Source of the DNA: Chiloscyllium plagiosum
Lineage: Eukaryota
Direction of reading: 5' to 3'
Assembly (NCBI RefSeq): GCF_004010195.1
Contig: NC_057749.1
Location: 21,146,883 to 21,184,101, forward strand
DNA: 37,219 nucleotides
Shown: one piece after another, positions 1 through 11,890 of the stretch
Layout of the letters: each line of letters begins with the position of its first letter
Position numbering within the stretch: position 1 is the stretch's first letter
Made by a program: the position numbers and the translations under genes
Notes under the pieces: generated by a model
What the model was told of the DNA's origin: nothing
The model's database searches: none
The model's input: only the letters and a program-made list of their open reading frames with translations

Positions 1-359
1 TCTCCCTCTCTCTCTCCCTCTCTCTCTCTCCCTCGCTCTCCCTCGCTCTCTCGCTTTCTCTCGCTCTCTCCCTCCCTACAGATGCCACCTGACACACAGT
101 GACTTGCAGCATTTTTGTTTATGTTTTCAGTCACGTGATAACGCACGTCTGGGGCAACTGGAATTGAAGCTGGGCTGCAGAGTTCTGAAGAAAAGTGACC
201 TCAGACTCGAAAAGTTAACTCTGTTCCCCCGTGCACAGACCTGCTGAGTTCCACTTTCAGTGTTCGTTTCAGATATCCAGCATCCACAGGATTTTGCTTT
301 TAATTCAGGAAGTAGATCTGAGTGCCCTGTTTTAAAATTAGGGTTGACCCTGTGGGTAA

Positions 360-665
360 AGAGAAAGTGAGGTCTGCAGATGCTGGAGATCAGAACTGAA
401 AAATGTGTTGCTGGAAAAGCGCAGCAGGTCAGGCAGCATCCAGGGAACAGGAGAATTGACGTTTCGGGCATGAGCCTTTCTTCAGGAATGAGGGAGAATC
501 GACGTTTCAGGCATGAGCCCTTCTTCGGGAATGAGGCGGAGAATTGACGTTTCGGGCATGAGCCCTTCTTCAGGAATGAGGCCTCATTCCTGCGTCGAAA
601 CGTCAATTCTCCTGCTCCTTGGATGCTGCCTGACCTGCTGCGCTTTTCCAGCAACACATTTTCAG
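360..665. mobile_element. PLE-derived fold-back insertion (family A) with three tandem hammerhead motifs
   Basis: 12-bp direct repeat ccctgtgggtaa at 348-359 and 666-677. Inverted arms around palindrome 571-592. Motifs on the minus strand at 458-485, 501-528 and 546-573. Confidence 0.8.
546..573 (-). ncRNA. Minimal type-I hammerhead ribozyme motif, family A, intact core
   Basis: Minus strand reads CTGAAGA-a-GGGC-tcat-GCCC-GAAA-CG-TC. Confidence 0.7.
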
Positions 666-1181
666 CCCTGTGGGTAAGGAGACTATTTCTTTCTTCTGAA
701 ATTTGGAACTCTGTCAGAAGGTAGGGGAGGGTCGACACTGAGTACTTTTTTCTTTCATGCTGATTCTTGCTAAGTAACGCAATCAGAAATTATTAGGGGA
801 AATGTTCAGGACTCTGGGCCTCTCACAAACAGACTGAATGGTGGAGCCAAACAGCCTTCCTCCATTCTGACAGTGTATGTTCTTATTTGAGGTTACACAG
901 TGCAATCAGGCAATGATCCAGACCCTCCAATATGAATTCACCATATTACAGAGCGCACCAAGAGGAATACTGATCCCTCAAAATCTGGGAGACAAGAACA
1001 AGCAACATGCTTCTCTACTGGCTGATCAACTAAGGTAGCATCACGGACAGCTGGGAGAGGTCACAGTGCCTGCATCCTGTTCCACGTTGGCAAAGCAATG
1101 CAGGCCGTCTATCTGACAGGGAAACCAGGAGCAACACTACCACCATCCACCCCCGATGCACGGGGAGAACTTACCACCAAG

Positions 1182-1311
1182 GAGGAGAAAGTGAGGACTG
1201 CAGATGCTGGAGAGCTGCATCGAGAGTGTGGTGCTGGAAAAGCACAGCAGGTCAGGCAGCATCCGAGGAGCAGGAGAGTCGACGTTTCGGGCATAAGCTC
1301 TTCATCAGGAA
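1182..1311 (-). mobile_element. Short family A PLE-terminal element with hammerhead motif (1281-1308)
   Basis: 16-bp TSD agaacttaccaccaag at 1166-1181 and 1312-1327. Motif CTGATGA-a-GAGC-ttat-GCCC-GAAACGTC has one stem II mismatch. Confidence 0.8.
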
Positions 1312-2062
1312 AGAACTTACCACCAAGAGACAGATGGGCAGCCACATTTAAAAGGGGAATTGGATACACTCAGGGCAAGGAATAGACAGGAAGGCTGCTA
1401 ACAGGAGATGCCTCATGTGGAGGATGAACACTAGCATCAAGCAGATGGGCCAAAGGGTCTGCTCAGTACTGTACGTTCTTTATGCAGTGAAGTCCTGGGG
1501 ATTAAGAATCATTGAAAACCTCCCAAACCATGATATTTGCAGTGGACAGAGCAGGCTCCCACAGGCAGTATGAGATATACCAGCAGCACACAGCACTGGG
1601 AATGTATGGCTTCCTTTTGTATTCCTTTTAAACTTGAGGATCAGCAAAGATTAGACTCAAGCGAAAAGACATTTCATGCAGGTAAGTAAACTGGTGGAAG
1701 GTGGAAATGTGAACGGCAGGACGGGATTGCAACTCCTTCACCTGACTTTCCGTTCTCAAGAATATTTTTAACCGCATTCTTTCACAGGAAGCGGGTGTCA
1801 CTGACATTGGCACACCCGGCCTGCCCTCAGACTGAGCGGCTTCCTATAGCCACTTCAGGGTGCAATTAAGAATCAACTCCACTGGTGTGGGTCTGGAGTC
1901 ACGTGTAAGGTAAGGACGGCAGTTTCCTTCCCAAAAAGGACATTACTGAACCAGATGAGTTTTGACAACAATCAACAATAGTTTAAGGGTCACAGTCACT
2001 GAGATCAGCTGACAATTTTAGATATAGCAGACTTTGTTTTAACTGGCACCTTAATCAACCAG

Positions 2063-2366
2063 TAGATTACATTAGATTAGATTACAGTGTGGAAACAGGC
2101 CCTTCGGCCCAACAAGTCCACACCGACCCACCCATACCCCTATGTTTACCCTTTACCTAACACTATGGGCAATTTAGCATGGCCAATTCACCTGACCCTG
2201 CACATCCTTTGGACTGTGGGAGGAAACCGGAGCACCCGGAGGAAACCCACGCAGACACGGGGAGAACGTGCAAAACCCACACAGTCAGTCGCCTGAGGCG
2301 GGAATTGAACCCGGGTCTCTGGCGCTGTGAGGCAGCAGTGCTAACCACTGTGCCACCGTGCCGCCC
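2063..2366 (-). mobile_element. HE1-like tRNA-derived SINE
   Basis: Reverse complement of the copy at 18722-19026. tRNA-like head with A/B boxes and a short (TAATC)n-like tail. Confidence 0.85.
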
Positions 2367-2883
2367 ACGGTACTCTTGATAAACCAGTAAAAATTATAAA
2401 CTTCATATACTGCGATCTACTGAGATATCCGAGTATTTGTGCTATGAATGAAATAAAACCATGATGGTTAAACCTCCTGAAAGATTAGGGCCAATCAAGG
2501 ACAGTAGTGGGAAGTTGTGCGTGGAGTCCAAGGAGATAGGGGAAGCATTAAATGAATATTCTTTGTCAGTATTCAATATTCACACTGGAAAAAGACAATG
2601 CTGTTGAGGAGAATACAGGCTACTAGACTAGATGGGATTGAAGTTCACAAGGAGGAGGTATTAAACAATTCTAGAAAGTGTGAAAATAGATAAATCCTCT
2701 GGGCTGGAGAGGATTTATCCTGGGATTCTCTGGGAAGTCAGGGAGGAGATTGCAGAGCCTTTGACTTTGATCTTTATGTCGTCATTGTCTACAGGAATAG
2801 TGCCAGAATACTGGAGGTTAGCAAATGTTGTCCCCTTGTTCAAGAAGGGGAGTAGAGACAACCCTAGAAATGTTAGACCAAGT

Positions 2884-3205
2884 TAAAAGTCACACAACAC
2901 CAGGTTATAGTCCAACAGATTTAATTGGAAGCACACTAGCTTTCGGAGCGACGTTCCTTTATCAGGTGGTAGTTGAGGGCTCAATCCTAACGCACAGAAT
3001 TTATAGCAAACATATACAGTGTGATGTAACTGAAATTATACATTGAGAAATTGATTGTCTAATAAGCCTTTCATCTGTTAGAATACAGTGATAGTTTCAC
3101 TTCTTTCATGTGTAAATCACAATACCTTTTTTAAAAAAGTTACATTGTCAGGTTAGCTGTTAACAATGGTGATAGCTAGATAATATGTTGAAGGTGTTAG
3201 CCCCC
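2884..3205 (-). mobile_element. Family D element with degenerate hammerhead motif (2937-2965), probably PLE-derived
   Basis: Minus strand cac-CTGATAA-aggaacgtcgctcc-GAAA-GC-TA-gtg, core G8 mutated. Shares its terminus with 5315-5857. Confidence 0.6.
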
Positions 3206-3304
3206 ACAGGTGAAAAAGGGTAAAGTGGTTTATGTGATGTATATGGATTTCAGTAAGGCATTTGATAAGGTTCCCCATGGTAGGCTATTGTAGAAAATAC
3301 GGAG

Positions 3305-4119
3305 CTGAAAATGTGTTGCTGGAAAAGCACAGCAGGTCAGGCAGCATCCAAGGAACAGGAGAATCGACGTTTCGGGCATGAGCCCTTCTTCAGGAATGAG
3401 GAGGGTGTGCCAAGCAGGCTAAGATAAAAGGTAGGGAGGAGGGACTTGGGGGAGGGGCATTGGAAATGCGATAGGTGGAAGGAGGTTATGGTGAGGGTGA
3501 TAGGTCCTTGGTGGAGTGGGAGGGGGAGTTGAAGTGTTGAGCCACGGGGTGGTTGGGTTGGTTGGTCCGGGTGTCCCAGAGGTGTTCTCTGAAACATTCA
3601 GCAAGTGGCTCAACACTTTAACTCTCCCTCCCACTCTACCAAAGACATGCAGGTCCTTGGACTCCGCCATCGCCAGACCATAGCAACACGACGGCTGGAG
3701 GAAGAGCGCCTCATCTTCCGCCTAGGAACCCTCCAATCACAAGGGATGAACTCAGATTTCTCCAGTTTCCTCATTTCCCCTCCCCCCTCCTTGTCTCAGT
3801 CCCAACCCTTGAACTCAGCACCACCTATCTAACCTGCAATCGTCTTCCTGACCTCTCCGCACCCAGCCCCACTCCGGCCTATCACCCTCACCTTAACCTC
3901 CTTCCACCTATCGCATTTCCAACGCCCCTCCCCCAAGTTCCTCCTCCCTACCTTTTATCTTAGCCTGCTTGGCACACTCTCCTAATTCCTGAAGAAGGGC
4001 TCATGCTCCTTCTCCTGCAGTCGATTCTCCTGCTCCTTGGATGCTGCCTGACCTGCTGCGCTTTTCCAGCAACAAATTTTCAACTCTGATCTCCAGCATC
4101 TGCAGTCCTCACTTTCTCC
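3305..4119. mobile_element. Penelope-like retroelement fragment (family A) with inverted termini and C-terminal endonuclease remnant
   Basis: 14-bp TSD tagaaaatacggag (3291-3304, 4120-4133). The 3605-3770 peptide AQHFNSPSH..DMQVLGL..RRLEEERLIFRLGTLQSQGMN resembles the end of a PLE GIY-YIG domain. Terminal ~200 bp present in both orientations. Confidence 0.85.
3366..3393 (-). ncRNA. Minimal hammerhead ribozyme motif, family A, intact
   Basis: Minus strand attc-CTGAAGA-a-GGGC-tcat-GCCC-GAAA-CG-TC-gatt. Confidence 0.75.
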
Positions 4120-5314
4120 TAGAAAATACGGAGGCATGGGATTGAGGGTGATTTAGCGGTTTGGGTCAGAAATTGGCTAGCTGAAAGAAGACAGAGGGTT
4201 GTGGTTGATGGGAAATGTTCATCCTGGAGTTCAGTTACTAGTGGTGTACCACAAGGATCTGTTTTGGGGTCACTGCTGTTTGTCATTTTTATAAATTACC
4301 TGGATGAGGGCATGGAAGGAAGGATGGATTAATAAATTTGCTGATGACACTAAGGTCGGTACAGTTGTGGATAGTGCTGAACGATGTTGTAGGTTACACA
4401 TAGATAAGCTGCAGTGCTGGGCTCAGAGAAGGCAAATGGAGTATAATGCGGAAAACGTGAGGTGGTTCACTTTGGAAGGAGCAACAGGAATACAGAGTCC
4501 TGGGTTAATGGTAAGATTCTTGGTAGTGTAGATGAGCAGAGAGATCTTGGTATCCACATACATAGATCCCTGAACGTTGCCAACGGGTTGATAGGGTTGT
4601 TAAGATGGCATACGGTGTGTTAGCTTTTATTGGTAGAGGGATTGAGTTTTGGAGCCATGAGGTCATGCTGCAGCTGTACAAAACTCTGGTGTGGCCGCAC
4701 TTGGAGTATTGCGTACAGTTCTGGTCACCGCATTATAGGAAGAATGTGGAAGCTTTGGAAAGGGTTCAGATGAGATTTACTAGGATGTTGCCCGGTATGG
4801 AGGGAAGGTCTTATGGGGAAAGGTTGAGGGAGTTAAGGTTGTTTTCGTTAGAGAGAAGAAGTTTGAGAGGTGACTTAATTGAGACATATAAGATAATCAG
4901 AGGGTTTGATAGGGTGGACAGTAAGAGCCTTTTTCCTTGGATGGTGATGGCTAGCATGAGGGGACATAGCTTTAAATTGAGGGGTGATAGATATAGGACA
5001 GATAACAGGGGTAGTTTCTTTACTCAGAGAGGAGTAAGGGTGTGGAATGCCCTGCCTGCAACAGTAGTGGACTCGCCAACTTTAAGGGCATTTAAATGGG
5101 CATTGGATAAACATATGGATGAAAATGGAATAGTGTAGGTTAGATGGGCTTCAGATTGGTTCCACAGGTCAGTGCAACATCGAGGGCCGAAGGGTCTGTA
5201 CTGCGCTGGAATGTTCTATGTTCTAATTACATTTCTGTTACTAAAATTTGTGTATTTGTGATTTTAGCAGTGTTTTTACGCAGGATTTTTTGAGGGATGT
5301 TGATATCTCGAAGT

Positions 5315-5857
5315 TAAAGGTCACACAACACTATGTTATAATCCAACAGGTGTATCTGGAAGTACAAGCTTTCGGAGCGCTACTAATCCATCAGGTAGCT
5401 AGTGGGGCAGGATCATAGGACACAGAATTTATAGTAAAAGATCAAAGTGTCATACAACTGATGTGATGTATTGAACAAATCCTAGATTGTTGTTAAATCT
5501 TTAATCAGTTAGAATGGGGATGCAGGTTTCAGTTGATGAATATGTAAATCCCAGAACGTCTTTCAAGTTACAGCCCCGAGATCACTCAAGGTTTTATAAA
5601 AAGTGACATCTTCGCTCATAACAATGCACTAAAGGTGTGAGGTTAGAGTCTGTCTGAATCCCAATCTTGAGTCAGAGAGGTTCTATTTCCAAGATAGGAA
5701 TTTATAAAATGTCACATGGACTGACTTTGATCTTTTATTATAAATTCTGTGTCCTATGATCCTGCCCCATCCTACATGATGAAGGAACAGCGCTCCAAAC
5801 GCTAGTATGCTTCCAAATAAACCTGTTGGACTATAACCTGTGTGATTTTTAACTTTG
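5315..5857. mobile_element. Family D fold-back element with two degenerate hammerhead motifs
   Basis: About 130-bp inverted arms (5315-5445 vs 5725-5857). Decayed cores at ~5366-5394 (-) and ~5775-5804 (+). Confidence 0.6.
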
Positions 5858-6067
5858 CTTGGTCAGGATTTACTGCGGTGATGCGTACCTCTCGATTATC
5901 TGGAATATTTGATCACCTGGGACACTCCTGGTCCCATAGGGGCTGGTTAATATAAGGTTTGCGGTATAACTAGCTAAATCTAAATCCCACCAGTTGCGAT
6001 GGATTTGAAACCACCCTGAAGTTCCAGTCTGGGCCCTGGGCAGTGATGTCACCGCTCCCCCACTTAC

Positions 6068-6185
6068 TTATACAGGTGAAGAGAGTGCTTCTTCCCGTAG
6101 CGGAATATTTGGTATTTGGGAAGGCCGCAGTATCGGTCCATCTCCTTGTCGTCTTTGTACCAAGTGATCTCTGGTGCTGGGTGAC
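6068..6185 (-). CDS. ALPK3: ALPK3 internal exon, 118 bp, Ig domain (GHPAPEITWYKDDKEMDRYCGLPKYQIFRYGKKHSLHLY)
   Basis: Acceptor tttcatttccag, donor AA|GTAAGT. Phase matches the previous exon (G|GT). The WYKDD..DRYCGLPKY motif is characteristic of ALPK3. No further exon was recognised between 1 and 6067, so the gene continues off the left edge. Confidence 0.95.
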
Positions 6186-6329
6186 CTGGAAATGAAATAC
6201 ATCCAGTTCAGACCCCATGTCGTATAAACACTCCCCCCCCCCCCCCCCCCCCCGGCATATCATGTTACAACATTGTGGAGGAAAGTAAACGTGTACAAAA
6301 GGGTAGAGAGAGCTTGCTCCATTAGAACC

Positions 6330-6519
6330 TTTCCACGCCCTTACTACTCTCTGAGTAAAGGAACTACCTCTGACATCTGTCCTATATCTATCACCCCTCA
6401 ATTTAAAGCTATGTCTCCTCATGCTAGCCATCACCATCTGAGGAAAAAGGCTCTCACTGTCCACCCTATCTAACCCTCTGATTATCTTGTGTGTCTCAAT
6501 TAAGTCACCTCTCAAACTC
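6330..6519 (-). mobile_element. CR1 LINE fragment
   Basis: Peptide RGDLIETHKIIRGLDRVD..FTQRVVRAW. Inverted near-copy of 4860-5047. Confidence 0.9.
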
Positions 6520-8004
6520 AGGGCACCCCCCCCCCCTCTTAAACGGCACTGAATCTCAGCAGGGCATCAAGAACCTCATGTTTTACTCCCCACTGAACGA
6601 TAATGGACTTACAGAGGAGTGACTCACAGCTAACTAGTTTGAACTGAAATGGTGACGGAGTCAACCAGAATCCGCAAATGTCGCCAAAGCAGCAATGAGA
6701 GAAAGCAACGTGGACGGATGACAGCAAGGATACTGGGAGCTCTCCTTTCTCAGTCTCAAATCCCAAAACGCCAGTGACCAGTGAAAAAGCAGCTTGGGAA
6801 AATCACTGAAAATTCGATATCTACAAACTGCCAACGAAACAGAACAACAACTCAACAGTTTGGCTCAGGTCTTTTCATCCCCACAATCCAGCAGGGGCCT
6901 TAAGATGTGCCAGTGCAGTTGCCTTTGCATCCCTATCTGTGCAGACAGCCCTCCCATCACCCTTTGTGAGCTCTCAGTGTGAGGGGGCTCCACGTTGTGC
7001 TTTATCGCTGTCGGTGGGGTAGTAATACATAATTAAACACCACACACTCTCTCACTAGAAAGGCCTGGAGTGGGTTGCCCATCATTTTTGATCTGGCTAA
7101 TTACATTTAAGTGAAGGGCAAGGCTGTACATTAGAAACATTGGTCCACTGACTGACTTTGTAGACTGCAAAGAGGGGAGTGGGGAGCGCTCCCCAGCTGA
7201 CTCTAATAGGAGGGGCTCTCTGGCAGGCTCAGCAACGTGATACTAAGGTCACTGACTCTCATGGGTGAGGAAATCTGGCATGGAGGCTGAGCCAACTCCC
7301 ATCATTCCACAGGGCAAGAGACTGCATTTTACTGGGGGAGGCAGAGTAGGGGCTAGACTGCCTTTGAGAATGGCCTGGGTACTCTTGTCTGACTACAGTC
7401 ATGGTCTGAAGTTCTGTCAAGTACTGGGAGTATTCACGTGTAACAGCAATGTGACTGTAAAGTGAGTGCCCTACTCTGAGTGAGCTGAGCACAGGTACAA
7501 CAGATCAGTGTAAGGCGCAGAGCTCCAGCAGCAGCCTCTTCGTGACCCAGTCATCCTGAGCCAGGATACAGAACACCATGTCACACCGAATGGTCAGCTC
7601 ATTCTTTCCGGCAGTTGCCCCGAGTTCTCAACTTCCAACGTCCGGGGGAAGGTCCCACTTCCTGGAAACGTGCCACACGCCTCATCGCTGAGGTGCCGCT
7701 TTTGGGTGTCATGGCAGCAGCAGAGGACTGCCCGGGTTACCAAACCTGTCACAAGCCGAACTGACCCATCCCTGGATTTATTTAAGATGTGGTGAGTGGA
7801 CAACCCACTGCCACCTGAGGAATTATGGGAGTGAGCTCGGTGATAGGTGGGAAGGTGGTCTGACTTATAGAGTCACAGAGATGTACAGCATGGAAACAGA
7901 CCCGTCGGTCCAACCTGTCCGACTTAATACCCAATCTGTTTGGTGTGCCCTTTGCCCCCACCCCACCCTTACTGAAAACACGCCCAGCGAAAGATGGGAG
8001 CACC

Positions 8005-8470
8005 ATAAGACATGTGAGCAGAAGTAAGCCGTTCAGCCCACTGAGTCTGCTCCCCCACTCAATGAGATCATGGAAGGTCTGATCATCCTCAATTCTACTT
8101 TCCTGCCTTTTCCGTTTAACCCTTGACTCCCCTCAGTGATTAGAAACCTGTCTAACTCAGCCTTGAATATACTTAATGTCCCAGCCTCTGTGGTAAAGAA
8201 TTCCACAGACTCAGTCCATTCTGGGAGAAGAAATTCCTCCTCATTTCTATCCCAACTTGGTGACTCCTTACTGTGAGATGATAGCCTGTGGTCCTAGACT
8301 CTCCCAGAAGGGAAAACCGCCTCTCTGCATCGACCCAGTCAAATCGATAAGAATCATGTAATGTTTACCTCTCATTCTTCAAAACTCTCTTGAATACAGG
8401 CCCAATCTACTCTCTCTCTCCTCATAAGACAGTCCACCAATCGCTGAGATCACCCAAGTGAACCTTCTCT
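8005..8470 (-). mobile_element. CR1-type LINE 3' fragment (older subfamily)
   Basis: Peptide QRRFTWVI..GLSYEER.SRLGLYSREF, followed by a CR1-like 3' UTR. Confidence 0.75.
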
Positions 8471-8774
8471 GTGTGAGGCCCAGTCTCAATCTGCAAACTG
8501 GTGGTGGCGGGGGGGGGGGAGGTTCATCTGGGATAGCACGAAGGAGGTTGCATGGCCTCAGCTGGGAAACGTCTGCACACAGCTGGACAACCATGTCCTC
8601 CCCGGACCTACCCCGTTCTCTAAGGGCTTTGGGGAGAGAGCGTCAAAGGGCAGCCTCCTGCACTGAGACCTCTCCCCTGAAGGGGGCGATGCTTCCTTGC
8701 TGTGCAATACACACTCCACTCAAACAAATGAAAGCTTTTCCCGAGCATCTGGCCAAAGGACAAGCAGAAATGGA

Positions 8775-9258
8775 AGAATGTGGAAGCATTGGAAAAGGTG
8801 CAGAGGAGATTTAGCAGGATGTCACCTGGCCTGGAGGGAAGGTCTTCTGAGGAAAGGCTGAGGGACTTGGGTCTGTTCTCATTGGAGAGAAAAAGGCTAA
8901 GTGGGGATTTAATAGAGATATACAAGATGATCAGAGGATTAGATAGGGTGGAGAGTGAGAGTCTCTTTCCTAGGATAATGATATCGGCTCTTATGAGGGG
9001 ACATAGCTGCAAATTGAAGGGTGATAGATTTAAGACAGGTGTCAGAGGCAGGTTCTTTCCTCAGAGAGTGGTAAGGGTGTGGAATGCCCTGCCCACCAAT
9101 GTAGTTAACTCAGCCACATTAGGGGCATTTAAACAGTCCGTGGATAAGCACATGGATGTTGATGGGATAGTGTCGGGGGATGGGCTCAGATTAGTTCACA
9201 GGTCGGCGCAACATCGAGGGCCGAAGGGCCTGTTCTGCGCTGTATTGTTCCATGTTTT
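8775..9258 (+). mobile_element. CR1 LINE 3' fragment
   Basis: ORF 8780..9292: EALEKVQRRFSRM..LFSLERKRLSGDLIEIYK..QRVVRVWNALP. Confidence 0.9.
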
Positions 9259-9469
9259 ATGGCGTGCTCTTAGATTAGATCCCACAGCGTGAGATCAAAA
9301 CATGCTCTTTATTCCCTTTTGCAGTTTGAAATGCTTTTGGAAATGGAAATGTAACCGTCACATTTTAATTTTATGTTTATCATGAGCCAGATCCATTGAA
9401 CTGTAAAGGTGCAGCAACAGTCATTTACAATTTTTGGAGGGTCTATATATAAATTCTATTCCTCCCTCT

Positions 9470-10470
9470 GCTGGGAGCACTTTGGGGCCAGTGACCATCA
9501 TTCTATTAGTTTTGAAATAGTGATGGAAAACGATAGATCAAATCTAAAAGTTGAAGTTCTAAATTGGAGGAAGGCCAATTTTGATGGTATTCGGCAAGAA
9601 CTTTCAAACGTTGATTGGGAGTAGATGTTCGCAGGTTAATGGAGGGCTGGAAAATGGGAAGCCTTCAGAAATGAGATAACAAGAGTCCAGAGAAAGTATA
9701 TTCCTATCAGGGTGAAAGGGAAGACTGGTAGGTGTAGGGAATGCTGGACGACAAGAAAAATTGACAGTTTGGTTAAGAAAAAGAAGGAAGCATATGTCAG
9801 GTATAGACAGGATAGATCGAGTGAATCCTTAGAAGAGTATAAAGGCAGTAGAAGTATACTTAAGAGGGAAATCAGGAGGGCAAAAAGGGGACAGGAGATA
9901 GCTTTGGCAAATAGANNNNNNNNNNNNNNNNNNNNNNNNNNNNNNNNNNNNNNNNNNNNNNNNNNNNNNNNNNNNNNNNNNNNNNNNNNNNNNNNNNNNN
10001 NNNNNNNNNNNNNNNNNNNNNNNNNNNNNNNNNNNNNNNNNNNNNNNNNNNNNNNNNNNNNNNNNNNNNNNNNNNNNNNNNNNNNNNNNNNNNNNNNNNN
10101 NNNNNNNNNNNNNNNNNNNNNNNNNNNNNNNNNNNNNNNNNNNNNNNNNNNNNNNNNNNNNNNNNNNNNNNNNNNNNNNNNNNNNNNNNNNNNNNNNNNN
10201 NGGGACAGGATGTACATGCATTTGGAAAGGCAAGGACTGATTAGGGACAGTCAACATGGCTTTGTGCATGGGAAATCATGTCTCACAAACTTGATTGAGT
10301 TTTTTGAGGAAGTAATAAAGAGGATCAATGAGGCCAGAGCGGTAGATGTGATCTATATGGACTTCAGTAAGGCATTCAACAAGGATCCCCATGGGTTAGC
10401 AAGTTTAGATCTCATGGAATGCAGGGAGAACTAGCCATTTGGACACAGGACTGGCTCGAAGACAGAGGAA
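9470..10470 (+). mobile_element. CR1 LINE ORF2 fragment spanning an assembly gap
   Basis: SDHHSISF..LNWRKANFDGIR before the gap. SQHGFVHGKSCLTNLIEFFE..VDVIYMDFSKAF (RT motifs) after it. Confidence 0.88.
9916..10201. other. Assembly gap (286 N)
   Basis: Run of n characters. Confidence 1.
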
Positions 10471-11284
10471 AGGGGGAAATGGTGGTTCACAGGATGGATA
10501 AGAGTGCAGAAGGAGACCATTCCGCCCATTGTGTGTGTGTTAGCTCTCTGATTCACCGAGAGTCAATCCCACCACCAGAACCTCGCAGCTTCTCCCTTTT
10601 CAGATTTGGGGTGACAACAGGTGGCTCTCCCTGAGCGACCTTCTATCCCATGTGACTGTGCTCCAGGCAGAGATCAGGAATACTTTCCCTCTGCTGTGTG
10701 GGGGCTGCTTTATCACACTGACTGTTCATTTTCCTGATACACACATTTCAGAAGGTTCTCCAAACCCAGTGGCTTCTACAAACGCCTTCAGGCTGAGCGT
10801 TTTGTGGTGGTGGGGGGGGGCGGGTGGTCATCCAAGTGATCTGACAAACGACAATAACAACAACTTGTACCAGCTGACAGGCCGCTGCCTGTTTTGTCCC
10901 TGTGCACACATGTCATATGGTTTGTTCCAAAAATATCACTGTACCAAAGTGGAACTGCATTTTAACTGTTGTACCAAACTGTAAACTGAGACTGGGGACA
11001 TCACAGGGTCTCACAAACAGCTCCAGCTGTTTAACGGAGCCACATTCTTGCTCAGACTAATCTTTCAGACGCAAATAATACTCCATGACTCCTGAGCTTA
11101 ACAACACTTTCTGAGCCCATTCCAGAGCAGCTCACTAGAAACACGCCCATTTATCAAATAATATAGTATCTGAGTAACCACCCTCCCTGACACTTATTTT
11201 ATAAATCAGGTCCCAGTTAAACTTCAATGCTCCCTTTGTCAACCATCTCCTGAAGAGATCCCATTGTGCTCTGTGTCTCCCTCC

Positions 11285-11890
11285 TGGAGGAAGGATGTTG
11301 TGAACCTTGAGAGGATTCAGAAAAGTTTTACAAGGATATTGCCAGGGTTGGAGTGATAGGGAGAGGCTGAATAGGCTTGGGCTATCTTGCCCAGAGCATC
11401 GAGACTGAGGTTATAGAGATTTATAAAATCATGAGGGGCAATGGAGAGGTTAAATAGACAAGACATTTTCCCCAGTGGAGGGAGTCCTCAACTAAAGGCT
11501 TTAGTTTAAGGTGAGAGGGAAAAAATTTAAAAGGGACCTAAGGGGCAATGTTTTCATGCAGAGGATGGTACGTGTATGGAATGAGCTGCCAGAGGAAGTG
11601 GTGGAGGCTGGTACAATTGCAACATTTAAAAGGCATTTGGATGGGTATATGAATTCCTGAAGAAGGACTCATGCCCGAAACGTTGATTCTCCTGCTCCTT
11701 GGATGCTGCCTGACCTGCTGCGCTTTTCCAGCAACACATTTTCAGCTGGGTATATGAATAGGAAGGGTTTGGGAGCGATATGGACCTGGTGCTGGCAGGT
11801 GGGACTAGATTGGGTTGGGATATCTGGTCAGCACAGACGAGTTGGACTGAAGTGTCTGTTTCCGTGCTGTACATCTCTATGACTCTATGA
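11285..11890 (+). mobile_element. CR1 LINE 3' end with (ACTCTATG)n tail, interrupted at 11655-11746
   Basis: Similar to CR1 fragments at 15318-15517 and 25757-26215. Tail ctctatgactctatga. Confidence 0.85.
11655..11746 (+). mobile_element. 92-bp family A insertion that begins with a hammerhead motif (11657-11684)
   Basis: 13-bp TSD tgggtatatgaat (11642-11654, 11747-11759). Motif CTGAAGA-a-GGAC-tcat-GCCC-GAAACGTT. Confidence 0.85.

Larger units (their letters stand above)
2455..5225 (+). mobile_element. CR1/HER1-type LINE, degraded ORF2 and 3' end, interrupted by two PLE-derived insertions
   Basis: Peptides [33 protein letters not shown] and HLEYCVQFWSPHY..LERVQ..LFSLERR.LRGDLIE. Terminal (TGTTCTA)n tail near 5210-5225. 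Confidence 0.9.

Noticed and set aside
127..738. 203-aa ORF
   Set aside because: Read-through of the palindromic family A element. The same peptides recur wherever the repeat occurs.
1625..1690. Plus-strand pyrimidine tract followed by a strong donor CAG|GTAAGT (possible antisense exon)
   Set aside because: No recognisable coding content or partner exons. Such matches are common by chance.
9636..10434. Long ORFs containing X
   Set aside because: Artefact of translating through the N gap in a CR1 fragment.
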